From Verrucomicrobiales bacterium (lineage in GTDB: Bacteria; Verrucomicrobiota; Verrucomicrobiia; Verrucomicrobiales; SLCJ01), in contig JBJTQJ010000109.1 of the NCBI GenBank assembly GCA_046075565.1, positions 1 to 29,665 of the forward strand: a stretch of DNA of 29,665 nucleotides, given 5' to 3'. The translations under genes were made by a program, and so were the position numbers. Shown here in pieces: positions 18,397 to 27,473 of this stretch. Every line of letters begins with the position of its first letter. Position 1 is the first letter of the stretch. Below the pieces are notes generated by a model. It was not told the DNA's origin and did no database searches. It saw only the letters and a list, made by a program, of their open reading frames with translations.

Positions 18397-18438
18397 CCGG
18401 GTTCGGCCGCCCCGGCTGGAACGTATCGCGTTAGAATC

Positions 18439-18822
18439 ATGACTGACATCCTGCCTGAATATCCCGGCGTCAACTATCGCGTGGGAAATGAGAAACTGGT
18501 CAGCTTGCTGGCATCCGCCGAGGACCACCTCGCCGGACTGCTGGAAAAGCAAGGCCGGGCGGGCACCGGATGCTTGCGCGTGGCGGTCATCGGCGGGGGG
18601 TGTTCCGGTTTGCAATACCAGATGGATCTGGTGGATGGCCCCCGCGACCGCGACATCCTCGTGCCGGCGGGACGCGTGCGGGTGGTGATTGATCCGAAGA
18701 GCGCGTTGTTCGTCTCCGGTTCGCAGATCGATTGGAGCGATGATCTGCAGAGTGGTGGATTCAAGGTCACCAATCCCAATGCCATTGTCACCTGTTCTTG
18801 TGGCGAGAGTTTCGCAGCATGA
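18439..18822 (+). CDS. iscA: A-type Fe-S carrier (IscA/HesB family)
   Basis: LRVAVIGGGCSGLQY and NPNA..TCSCGESF. Confidence 0.93.
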   Translation: MTDILPEYPGVNYRVGNEKLVSLLASAEDHLAGLLEKQGRAGTGCLRVAVIGGGCSGLQYQMDLVDGPRDRDILVPAGRVRVVIDPKSALFVSGSQIDWSDDLQSGGFKVTNPNAIVTCSCGESFAA

Positions 18823-19364
18823 CGGATATGGATGCCTTCCGCATTCTCGGTTTTCCCAGGGAATTGGATCTCGATCCCGAGGCGGTGCGGACCCGTTTTC
18901 AGGAGATCAGCCTCACCCGCCATCCGGATCGCGGGGGAAATGCCGTGGACTACAGTGAGGTGGTCGAGGCGGCGGCGATTCTGGGCAACAACGCGCGGCG
19001 CTGGAGCCATTGGGCGGAACTCGGGGGATGGAAGAAGGGCGGAAAGATTGTCGAAATGGATGACGCGATTGCCGCCGAGTTCAACAGGGTGGGGGAATTG
19101 CTCGCGAGAGCACGCGATGTCGTGCAAGCAAAGCCCAAAGCGGAAACCGCGATCGCCAAGGCCATGGTCGAACGCAAGGCCATGCTTCTGGTCGGCGAAG
19201 TCTCGGCGAAACTCTCCGAGATCTCGGCTAAAGAGAACGCCATTCTCGCCCTTGGCAAAGACAGTATCTCTCCAAGCGAAGCGGGCACACTCTCCGGCCA
19301 ACTCGCCGCCCTCGCGCGTTGGACTCGCGAACTGCGGGAGGCGGTCGCCATGCTGGCCGGGTAA
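18819..19364 (+). CDS. hscB: HscB-like J-domain co-chaperone
   Basis: [15 protein letters not shown]...HPD J-domain followed by a helical C-terminal domain. It lies between iscA and an Hsp70 and overlaps iscA (ATGA). Confidence 0.78.
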   Translation: MTDMDAFRILGFPRELDLDPEAVRTRFQEISLTRHPDRGGNAVDYSEVVEAAAILGNNARRWSHWAELGGWKKGGKIVEMDDAIAAEFNRVGELLARARDVVQAKPKAETAIAKAMVERKAMLLVGEVSAKLSEISAKENAILALGKDSISPSEAGTLSGQLAALARWTRELREAVAMLAG

Positions 19365-19381
19365 TCCATTTTCACACCGAT

Positions 19382-21199
19382 ATGACAGACTCCATCCTCG
19401 GTATCGATCTGGGCACGACCCATTCCCTCGTCGGAATGGTCGAAGGCGGATTCCCGATCATTCTCGCCGACGAAGAAACCGAGCGGCTCGTGCCGTCGGC
19501 GGTCTTCTGGACAGACGATGGCACTGCGATCGTAGGAAGACGTGCCATGCGGGCGAGGGCCGCGCATCCCGGACGCGTGATCACTTCGGTGAAACGTCTC
19601 CTCGGTCGCCGACCGGGTGAACTGCCATGGGAGCCGCCCTATCCCGTGGTGAAAACCGCGGAAGGCAAGTTGGCCGTCGAGACGTCCGCCGGGCCACGCA
19701 CCGTGGAGGAAGTGAGTGCGGAGATCCTGCGCAGGTTGGTCGAAATCGCCAGAAATCGTCTCGGGCGTGAATGCCGGCGGGCGGTCATCACCGTGCCGGC
19801 CTATTTCGGGGAGGCCCAGCGGGCGGCCACGAAACGTGCCGCGGAGTTGGCCGGTCTGGAGGTGGCGCGGATTTTGAATGAACCAACCGCTGCCGCGCTC
19901 GCTTATGGGCAGGATCGGGCGGGCGGACGCCGCCGGATCGCGGTCTATGATTTCGGGGGGGGCACCTTCGACCTTTCGGTGCTCGAACTGAACGATGGGG
20001 TTTTCCAGGTTCTCTCCACGCGGGGCGACACCCGTTTGGGAGGGGATGATATCGACGAGGATCTCAGCCGCTGGATCTGGGAAAACAGCGGGGCGGGGAA
20101 AGCGGGCGAATCCATGCCCCCTGCGACAAGGGAACGATTGCTCATGGCGGCGCGGGAGGCGAAGGAAGCCCTCAGTACATCGGAAGTGGCAGGGATATCC
20201 ATTCCATTCCTAACAGCATCGGAACATATCGAAACCACCGTGACGAGGGAACAACTCGAGATACTTTCCGCGCCATGGATCGCCCGCACCATCGCGCTTT
20301 CGACGGAGGCCTTGCGCGACGCCGGGATCAGCGCGGCCGATCTTGACGCGGTGATTCTGGTGGGCGGCAGTTCACGCATGCCGGCCGTGCGCCGTGCCGT
20401 GAGGGATTGGTCTGGGCGTGATCCGGATCTCTCCCAGAACCCCGATGAAGCCATTGCCCGGGGTGCGGTAATTCAAGCAGGGATTCTCGAAGGCTCCCTG
20501 CGCAATACATTGCTGGTCGATGTGACGCCGCTTTCCCTCGGAATCGAAACGATCGGCGGACTGATGAACGTGCTCATTCCCCGCAACTCCACCATCCCCT
20601 GCAAGGCGGGCGAAATGTTCACCAATGCGATGGCCGGCCAATCGTCCATGCGCGTCAAAGTGCTCCAGGGCGAGCGGGAGATGGCCCGTGACAACTGGGA
20701 ACTTGGCGAGATGATCGTGCCGTTTGAACCGGGTGCGCGCGGTCAGGCCCGCGTCGGAGTGCAATTCTCGATAGATGAAAATGGATTGCTCAGCGTGCTC
20801 GCACGCGACACCGCGACCGGCCGGGACCGGGTTCTCGAGATCGCCGATACGGCGGTGAATGTGGAGGACATTCGGGTGGAGGAAATGCTAAGCGGCAGTG
20901 TCGAGCACGCGTTCGACGACATGCGAGAGCGCGTCTGGACGGAAGTGAAACTGAAAGCCGAGGAACTCCTTCCGGCGGTGAACGAGGCGATGGGGCTGGC
21001 CAGGGATTGGCTTGACGAAACCGAGAGAACCCGGATTGAGGAGAAATGCGCGGCGGTTCGGGCGGCTCTGCTGGGCGGGGACGCCAACCAATTGAAAATG
21101 ATGGTGAAGGATTTGGATTCAGCGACCGAAGAACTCGCGGCTCGAATCGTGGAAATTGCGATGGATGAGGCGTTGCATGGGAAGGGATTCGGCGGATAG
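19382..21199 (+). CDS. hscA: Hsp70-family chaperone, HscA-like
   Basis: [43 protein letters not shown] and linker [11 protein letters not shown]. The HscA assignment rests on synteny with iscA/hscB. Confidence 0.8.
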   Translation: MTDSILGIDLGTTHSLVGMVEGGFPIILADEETERLVPSAVFWTDDGTAIVGRRAMRARAAHPGRVITSVKRLLGRRPGELPWEPPYPVVKTAEGKLAVETSAGPRTVEEVSAEILRRLVEIARNRLGRECRRAVITVPAYFGEAQRAATKRAAELAGLEVARILNEPTAAALAYGQDRAGGRRRIAVYDFGGGTFDLSVLELNDGVFQVLSTRGDTRLGGDDIDEDLSRWIWENSGAGKAGESMPPATRERLLMAAREAKEALSTSEVAGISIPFLTASEHIETTVTREQLEILSAPWIARTIALSTEALRDAGISAADLDAVILVGGSSRMPAVRRAVRDWSGRDPDLSQNPDEAIARGAVIQAGILEGSLRNTLLVDVTPLSLGIETIGGLMNVLIPRNSTIPCKAGEMFTNAMAGQSSMRVKVLQGEREMARDNWELGEMIVPFEPGARGQARVGVQFSIDENGLLSVLARDTATGRDRVLEIADTAVNVEDIRVEEMLSGSVEHAFDDMRERVWTEVKLKAEELLPAVNEAMGLARDWLDETERTRIEEKCAAVRAALLGGDANQLKMMVKDLDSATEELAARIVEIAMDEALHGKGFGG

Positions 21200-22824
21200 T
21201 GCCATTGGTGAGCGACGAAAACCCCATGATCGAGGCGACTCCCGGAGGAGGAAAGAAAACTTCACTGCCTGCCCGTGGTGAAGCGGGGACATCATCGCAG
21301 CAGAACCGTGGGAGAGTCCGGGCGGTGGCGGTGAATCCGCCGGAGCCCCTTGACGAGGAACATTTGCCCCCAAGCAGGCCGGTTTACGGAGAAGACTCCC
21401 TTGAAACAGAAAGGATTCAGAAGAGACTCAAGCCGGTCAAGGTTGTCAGTGCCGCCAAGCCGCCGGATTCGGCCCTGCAGGTTCCCAAGCAGCGGGGATC
21501 GGTGCCTGTTCAATCGACGAACCTCCCACAAGAGGAAAGTAATTCGGCGCGGGCCATCCGGGAAAAGGAGCGCGTGTTGGTGGCAGCGGGGCTTGTCACC
21601 CAACAGAAGTTGGCGCGCATCGGAGCGGGGAATGATTTTGTTTTCCGTTGCCCGGTTTGTTCCGGTCAAAACCAGTGTGTGATCGCCGATTGTGGAGGGC
21701 AGTTCCCTTGTTCTTCTTGTGGCGCGCTGCTACTTCTGCCGCTCGCTGATACCGGTGAAAGGATACGGGTGGTCTCGTTACCGAAGAAAAAGGCGGATGC
21801 GGGAGAACTCCCCGCTCTCGAGTTGCCCGACGAACGCTCCAGCGAAGGTCGCAGCCGCGAGGCGCGCTTCCAAGCCATTGAGGAATTGTTGCCCGAAGGT
21901 GAAGAGGCTGGACTGGAATGGGGATTGGAAAAGAAGGAGATGGCACCGGAAAAGCGGAAGAGAGCGGCAACCTGGCTTTGGTTCGCCTTGCCGCTGGTTT
22001 TTGTTTCCGCGATCATCCTCGTCCGCCAGATTTTCTCATCGTCCGGGCGCTCTGCGGGTGAAGCAAGCACGCCCTCGGAGAACGAATTGGTCGCGCCTTC
22101 GGGTGAGATCAATTGGAATGAGTTGTCCGCCGCCCGGAAGTATCTTTTGGCGGACCGGACGCTGCGGGGGTATCTGGATGCTCCGGACCTCGCGGCCAAA
22201 GCGGCTTTTACCAGGCGAGGAGCCGCAGATGCGACCCGCATGGCCGATTACTATAAGCGCAAGGGGAGCTACGAACCCGAAACACGGGTGCATGGCCCGG
22301 TGCAGGATATCATCCTCCATGAGGAAAAAACCGTCGGCGGGAAAGTTTTCCAGCTCGCGGGGGTGCGTTTCGCGGAATCGGTTCAGGGAGTTTACGCGCT
22401 GGAGAGAACGGCCTTCGGATACCTCGTCGCTTGGGAGTATTCCGAGGGCTACGGGGAGATGAGTTTTACCGAATTGATAGCCAATCCACCATCGAAGCCG
22501 GTGCTCATGCGCGGGCATCTCTCGGAGACATCTTATTTCAGCGATGGTTTTGACGAAACAGGCTACCGCGCCTTCAACATGGCGGACCCTCTCAAGGAAC
22601 TAACCGTTCTTGTATTCGCGGCCCGGAATTCACCCGTTGAGGAAGCCCTCGCCCGGGCTTGGTATGACGCTGTTCTCGATACCATCGGTGATCCGACGAG
22701 CCCCGGGAGTGGCGAACTGGATTTTGTCCTCCGTGTTCGTCACGAAGTTGGGAACGACCGGAAGGGATTTGTGATTGACGAAGTCCTCATTCGGGGGTGG
22801 ATTGTGCCCGACGAAACAAAATGA
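21199..22824 (+). CDS. Hypothetical single-pass membrane protein with N-terminal zinc ribbon
   Basis: Low-complexity N-terminus, CPVC-x16-CSSC ribbon, one TM (WLWFALPLVFVSAIILV) and a globular C-terminal domain. Its GTG overlaps the hscA TAG; ATG 21226 is an alternative start. Confidence 0.85.
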   Translation: MPLVSDENPMIEATPGGGKKTSLPARGEAGTSSQQNRGRVRAVAVNPPEPLDEEHLPPSRPVYGEDSLETERIQKRLKPVKVVSAAKPPDSALQVPKQRGSVPVQSTNLPQEESNSARAIREKERVLVAAGLVTQQKLARIGAGNDFVFRCPVCSGQNQCVIADCGGQFPCSSCGALLLLPLADTGERIRVVSLPKKKADAGELPALELPDERSSEGRSREARFQAIEELLPEGEEAGLEWGLEKKEMAPEKRKRAATWLWFALPLVFVSAIILVRQIFSSSGRSAGEASTPSENELVAPSGEINWNELSAARKYLLADRTLRGYLDAPDLAAKAAFTRRGAADATRMADYYKRKGSYEPETRVHGPVQDIILHEEKTVGGKVFQLAGVRFAESVQGVYALERTAFGYLVAWEYSEGYGEMSFTELIANPPSKPVLMRGHLSETSYFSDGFDETGYRAFNMADPLKELTVLVFAARNSPVEEALARAWYDAVLDTIGDPTSPGSGELDFVLRVRHEVGNDRKGFVIDEVLIRGWIVPDETK

Positions 22825-24122
22825 ACCGCAAACCAACCGAGACAACCCCAGGAGATGTGCTGGTCTGCGGAGATTGCGGGCGCGTGAATCCGATCCCGAA
22901 GGGGCTCACCCGGAATACGGCGGTCCGCTGTTCCGGTTGCGGAGTGCTTCTTTGCGGCGAGCGCCAGCGCAAAGTTGCCATCAACTGCCCGAATTGTCAG
23001 ATCCGCCTCGAGATCGACGCCGACTGGCTGGGGCAAATGGTCGCTTGCGGAAACTGCCGAACCGATTTTGTTGCGGAACGACCGCGGGACCGTGCCATTC
23101 CGGCTGCCCCGAAGGCTGAGGACGAGAAGGCTCCCGATGGTGTCGTCACTGGAGTCGGAATTGTGGACATGTTCGAGGAGGATGCGGAGGCTGACAGTGG
23201 ACTGCGACGCAAGGTGCGCCGGACAAGAAAACGCAAACGAACGCGGGAAAAATCGACCAAAGGGCGTTTCCGGGCCATTGCCGCCACGATGTTGACATTT
23301 GGCGCCGTGGCTGGAATCATCGCCGAAGTCGGGCGGCGCTCGGAATGGTGGTTGGTCCCGCCCACCGAGCCCATTCCGGGGGTGGGAGTGACTTTCGAGA
23401 CGCTGGAAGCCACGCCTGCCGAGATGACGGCCGAGGATGGGAAGGCGATGGATGAAGTTTTGGGGCGATTCTTCCGGGCGGTTTCTCCCGAAGACGCGCT
23501 TGCCGTATGCAGGTTCCAAGGCGAGGTGGGGGGACGAATGCGTGCTGTCGCATCCACCCTCACCACGCCGCCGATCCAGCCTGTTGGCATGAGGATTTCT
23601 TCCAAACACGCGGTGAGAGAGAGGTTGTTTCTCCGTCTGACAGGTCAATCCTCGACAGACACGGGTAGCCCCCTGTCGGTGGTGTTGGAACGTTCGGCAC
23701 CAGGTAAGTTTCTTGCCGATTGGGATAGCTATGTTCGTTTCGCCTCCGAGCCTTGGGGAAACTTCATCGTCAAGCGCGATGGGACACCCGGCAGATTCCA
23801 GTTGCGGGTTAAACGCCAATTCGTGGGGAACATCTCCTATGCCATCGAAGATTGGACTTCTTTCCTCGTTTTCTGGGACGAGGAGAGCGACGGGGTGCAT
23901 CTTTTCGTGCGCACGATCTCCCCTGACTGCGAGTCATTGCTCGCGGCAACCGATTTGGATAAGAAGGTTCCGGAAATCGAAGTGGTGCGGGGAGTGGGCG
24001 GGGAATTTCCCGTGACCTTGGAGGTCTTCTTCCCTGCCGAAACCAACCAGCCGGGAATGCCACCGGCCCTCGAATTGAAAAAGTTCTGCCACAGTGGTTG
24101 GGTTGACCTCAGCGAAGGCTGA
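22821..24122 (+). CDS. Hypothetical membrane protein with two N-terminal zinc ribbons, paralog of the upstream gene
   Basis: CGDC/CSGC and CPNC/CGNC pairs, a basic patch, a hydrophobic segment (FRAIAATMLTFGAVAGIIA) and a C-terminal domain that parallels the upstream protein. ATGA overlap. Confidence 0.85.
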   Translation: MNRKPTETTPGDVLVCGDCGRVNPIPKGLTRNTAVRCSGCGVLLCGERQRKVAINCPNCQIRLEIDADWLGQMVACGNCRTDFVAERPRDRAIPAAPKAEDEKAPDGVVTGVGIVDMFEEDAEADSGLRRKVRRTRKRKRTREKSTKGRFRAIAATMLTFGAVAGIIAEVGRRSEWWLVPPTEPIPGVGVTFETLEATPAEMTAEDGKAMDEVLGRFFRAVSPEDALAVCRFQGEVGGRMRAVASTLTTPPIQPVGMRISSKHAVRERLFLRLTGQSSTDTGSPLSVVLERSAPGKFLADWDSYVRFASEPWGNFIVKRDGTPGRFQLRVKRQFVGNISYAIEDWTSFLVFWDEESDGVHLFVRTISPDCESLLAATDLDKKVPEIEVVRGVGGEFPVTLEVFFPAETNQPGMPPALELKKFCHSGWVDLSEG

Positions 24123-24158
24123 ACCGCGAATGAGTGTCAAGTTCCGGCGTCCGGACCT

Positions 24159-24998
24159 TCAACGGCAAATCTGGGGCAAGACCCGCGTCCATGGGTCGTC
24201 GGATTTCCGAAGGTCGGCGAGCCTGCGCGCCATCTCCGCGGCTTCGAGTTCACGGGTATGGACGAAATGGTTGTTTTCTCCCCAGCGGCGCCAGGGGCCG
24301 GCTGGAACTTCGTTCACCTCCACAAACCGCCAATTGACGATGGCCGAAGAGCTCATGCCAAGATAATCCCGCACCGAGGGCGAAAGGTCGATGCCGGCCC
24401 CGCCATTTCCTTTGGTTTTCGGCTTTGCTTTGCCAAAAACATATTCCCAGTCGTCGGTGACGAAGGGGCCGCAATCCTCCCATCGGGCATAACAGATGCG
24501 GTCGCGGAGCTGGATGGCCACCCAACGGCCTTTGCAGACCGATTTTCCCGGGCCGTTGTAGGCCTTGTCATACCATGGGATGACCTCCGGGGCCTCCGGC
24601 TTGTGCCTGTGGTTGGCGGCCACGTCATTGTAGGGGAGAGCGACGTAAAATGGATTGAGGCGGGGCACAAAGTTGCTGGGCCGGAAGCCGCTGCGGTTCT
24701 TGCCGGATGGGTCGTCAAAGCCCCCGAAGTTCCATTTCCAGGAGATATCCCACGAGCTTTTGCAGTTCGGCACCGGATTGTTCTGGGTCGGCCGTTCACC
24801 GACCCAAAATACCGTCGCCTTGATGTTCAATTTCCACGGGTAGAGCGGTCCCACTTGGGGGCACGCGCTCGGTTCGAACTGGCTCAGCGTGTTCGGAATA
24901 TGAGCCTGCAAAGTCTGAGCTTGAAGAAAGCCGACGGGCGAGCCAAGCAGGGCAAAGCAGGAGTATAGAATGAAATTGCGGACCGCCATCGGAGGCAT
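24159..24998 (-). CDS. Secreted hypothetical protein, probable double-psi beta-barrel (RlpA/expansin-like) fold
   Basis: Signal peptide and motifs ATVFW, YVALP, KGRWVAI, ARWEDCGP and GIDLSPSV, resembling the D-x-G-P and IDLS motifs of DPBB proteins. Confidence 0.7.
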   Translation of the reverse strand: MPPMAVRNFILYSCFALLGSPVGFLQAQTLQAHIPNTLSQFEPSACPQVGPLYPWKLNIKATVFWVGERPTQNNPVPNCKSSWDISWKWNFGGFDDPSGKNRSGFRPSNFVPRLNPFYVALPYNDVAANHRHKPEAPEVIPWYDKAYNGPGKSVCKGRWVAIQLRDRICYARWEDCGPFVTDDWEYVFGKAKPKTKGNGGAGIDLSPSVRDYLGMSSSAIVNWRFVEVNEVPAGPWRRWGENNHFVHTRELEAAEMARRLADLRKSDDPWTRVLPQICR

Positions 24999-25064
24999 TT
25001 ATGAAAAATTATAATCCCCATAAACTGCCCGATTTTCTTGGATCCGCAACCTCCAAACCGGATT

Positions 25065-26594
25065 TCAGCGCTCCAGACGGTCCGCCGCCTCTTGTTTCAG
25101 GGCGGCCCGCAGGCCGTCGGTCAGCGAGACGGTGGAAGTGCTGAGCGGTCCTTCCATGGGCACGGTCATCCAGCGGAGTCCGGCGGTTTCCTCGCGGAAA
25201 TACCTCTCCTGAACCCGGGCATGGTCCTTCAGACTGGCCGGTCTCAGGCCGATCCGGAATGCACCCTTGATGCTGCGGGCCTCGAGGTCGAAGTCGAAGG
25301 TGCCCTCCAAGCGCTCGCCCTCGTTGGTCTCCAGATTGGTTCCCGTGCAGCGGATTTTCCTTTCGGCCATATTGAAGGTCATCCCACCTCGGGCGGATTC
25401 AAAATACCGGACCGGCAGGTCGACCGCTTCTCCACCGAGAACCTCAAGGACCGGAAAGACATCCGTGCAAGCAACCCCGAATCCGAGTCCGGGCTGGAAC
25501 TCTAAGGAAACTTGACTGGCCAGACCATTCACATCGCTGGCGAAACCACGCATGGTGGCCTTGCCTTTTACTGTTCCCGCGAACAACCGTTGGTATTCCT
25601 CGGAGAGGAGGCGGTTGACTTCCACATCTTGGAAAGTCACGTTCAGGTCCACCGTGGGGGTGGCGGAGATCCCGATGATGCCGGTGATCGAGCCGTGGCC
25701 TTTTTCGGCCGATTGGCCCTCTGGCGTGGGAAATCGGAATATCAAACGGTCAATCCTGATGGATTGATTCCCCGCGATCACGGTGGCTTCTTCCATTTCA
25801 AGGCCTTTCAGCCACCCGATGGTGAGTTTGCCGCCTTTGCATTCGAGTTTCCACCCCCCCGAATCGAGCCTTTGGCCCTCGACGTTGGTGCCGGTGAGGG
25901 CAGCCTCGGAGCGCGCGCTCATGCCCCAGCGAACAGTCGTATTGCGGGCCTGGAACCGCCCGAGAGTGAACTTTTCGGCACTGGGATTGATTCCCCACGA
26001 GCCCGAGTAGGGGCCGGGGTCGCCCCGGTCCTTGAGAATTTTCTCGCGCCGGGCCGCCGCCGCTTTTTCCTGCTCCTTTGCCAGAATTTTCGCTTCTTCC
26101 TCTCCCAACAAGCCGCCGCGCAACTCGATTTCCATCCCCTGGATAAGCACGTTGGCTGGCTGCCACTCGTCGGCGAAGAGTCCTTGGAAGGAGGACTGGA
26201 ACCGGATGGCTGCCGCCTTGAAGGAGCGCAAGAAACCATCGGGTTTGCCTTCTCCCTTCAGCCCGGTGACAATGATGCCCCCGGCTTTCCAATTGCCGCC
26301 ATTGCTGGAGACATTCCTCAGTCCGAAATACTCGCCCGCTTCCTGCTCAAGGAGCAGACTGAATTTCTGGCTCCCCGAATAACGATGGATGACCACGTAG
26401 AATCCGAAGGCCCCGATGGCCGCGATCGGCAGCAGCCAGCCTACCAGAACCAAGAGGGAAATGAAGACAGGACGGGCATCCGGGTGACGGCGGAAATGCT
26501 TCAATCTCCACCAAACCGACTGCCGGGACATCCACCGCTGCATCTCCTCGGTGTAAGCTTCCTGTTTTCTCGGTCGAGGTGCTGGGTCGGACAT
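25065..26594 (-). CDS. Membrane-anchored beta-rich hypothetical protein, possibly AsmA-like
   Basis: One N-terminal TM followed by ~430 aa dominated by Gly-rich alternating beta strands (ITGIIGI, VKGKATMRG, LEGTFDF, IKGAFRIG, WMTVPMEG). Start placed at ATG 26594. Confidence 0.7.
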   Translation of the reverse strand: MSDPAPRPRKQEAYTEEMQRWMSRQSVWWRLKHFRRHPDARPVFISLLVLVGWLLPIAAIGAFGFYVVIHRYSGSQKFSLLLEQEAGEYFGLRNVSSNGGNWKAGGIIVTGLKGEGKPDGFLRSFKAAAIRFQSSFQGLFADEWQPANVLIQGMEIELRGGLLGEEEAKILAKEQEKAAAARREKILKDRGDPGPYSGSWGINPSAEKFTLGRFQARNTTVRWGMSARSEAALTGTNVEGQRLDSGGWKLECKGGKLTIGWLKGLEMEEATVIAGNQSIRIDRLIFRFPTPEGQSAEKGHGSITGIIGISATPTVDLNVTFQDVEVNRLLSEEYQRLFAGTVKGKATMRGFASDVNGLASQVSLEFQPGLGFGVACTDVFPVLEVLGGEAVDLPVRYFESARGGMTFNMAERKIRCTGTNLETNEGERLEGTFDFDLEARSIKGAFRIGLRPASLKDHARVQERYFREETAGLRWMTVPMEGPLSTSTVSLTDGLRAALKQEAADRLER

Positions 26595-26680
26595 GGCTGT
26601 GGAAAAACTGGCTCCAGCCCCCACTACATCCACGACTGGGCATCACCGCAACCGGAATCGTCGTCCGGACGCAAATTTCC

Positions 26681-26710
26681 TTGGCAGATGGCCGTCTTTC
26701 GTCCCATAGT
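26681..26710 (+). promoter_or_regulatory. Putative sigma70 promoter of scpA (near-leaderless)
   Basis: TTGGCA-N18-CATAGT, with the -10 box 9 nt before GTG 26720. Confidence 0.35.
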
Positions 26711-26719
26711 TTATACCCC

Positions 26720-27454
26720 GTGGAAGAACCCTACAAGATCAAGCTGGACATCTTCGAGGGTCCCCTCGACCTGCTCCTTTTCCTCATCAAGAGGGAGGAG
26801 TTGGATATTTATGATATTCCGCTGGGCCGCATCACCCGCCAGTATCTGGACTACATCAATACCTTCAAGATGCTGAATATCGAGCTGGCCTCGGAATTCA
26901 TCCTCATGGCGGCGACCCTGATGTATATCAAGAGCCGCATGCTCCTGCCCCGCCAGGTGCAGCCCCCCGAGGAGGAAACCGAGGAGGGCGACCCGCGATG
27001 GGACCTCATCCGCCAGCTCATCGAATACAAGAAATTCAAGGATGCCGCCGGGTTCCTCGCCTTGCGCGAAGGCGAACAAGGCCGCTGGTTCGCCGCCAAC
27101 CCCGAACGCCCGGAGCCCCCGGTCCCGGAAAATGAAACCACCGGGATCGATATCACGATTTTCGACCTCATCCGCGCCTTCCGCAAAGTGCTGCGCCGCT
27201 TCGAGGACGAACATTCCTTCGGCATCATCCGCTCCGAGACCTTCACCGTCGAGGGCAAGATTGATTTCCTGCTCCAGGCCCTTCCGCCCGGCCAATCCAC
27301 TTCTTTCGAGTCGCTTTTCGACTCCGCCCGTTCCCGCGAGGAGGTAATCGTTACTTTCCTGGCCGTCCTCGAGCTGATGAAGCTCAACCAGTTCGCTATC
27401 GTCCAAAACGAGTCCCTCGGCCCCATCGAGGTCCAGCGCAAGGACATTCCGTGA
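26720..27454 (+). CDS. scpA: Segregation and condensation protein A (kleisin)
   Basis: YKIKLDIFEGPLDLLLFLI, ASEFILMAATLMYIKSRMLLP, DPRWDLIRQLIEYKKFK and IVTFLAVLELMK. GTG start at 26720. Confidence 0.97.
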   Translation: MEEPYKIKLDIFEGPLDLLLFLIKREELDIYDIPLGRITRQYLDYINTFKMLNIELASEFILMAATLMYIKSRMLLPRQVQPPEEETEEGDPRWDLIRQLIEYKKFKDAAGFLALREGEQGRWFAANPERPEPPVPENETTGIDITIFDLIRAFRKVLRRFEDEHSFGIIRSETFTVEGKIDFLLQALPPGQSTSFESLFDSARSREEVIVTFLAVLELMKLNQFAIVQNESLGPIEVQRKDIP

Positions 27455-27473
27455 TTCCCAACTTCCACCCACC

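Noticed and set aside
18432-18437. TAGAAT as a -10 box for leaderless iscA
   Set aside because: It is only 1 nt from the ATG, too close for a start site at or before the codon, and has no clear -35.
19382-21199. Housekeeping dnaK
   Set aside because: No grpE/dnaJ context, and it is flanked by iscA and an HscB-like gene. A specialised HscA-like Hsp70 is more plausible, though a phylogeny is needed.
22740-23900. 386-aa minus-strand ORF
   Set aside because: It is antisense to the zinc-ribbon paralog and has Arg/His/Pro-rich non-coding-like composition.
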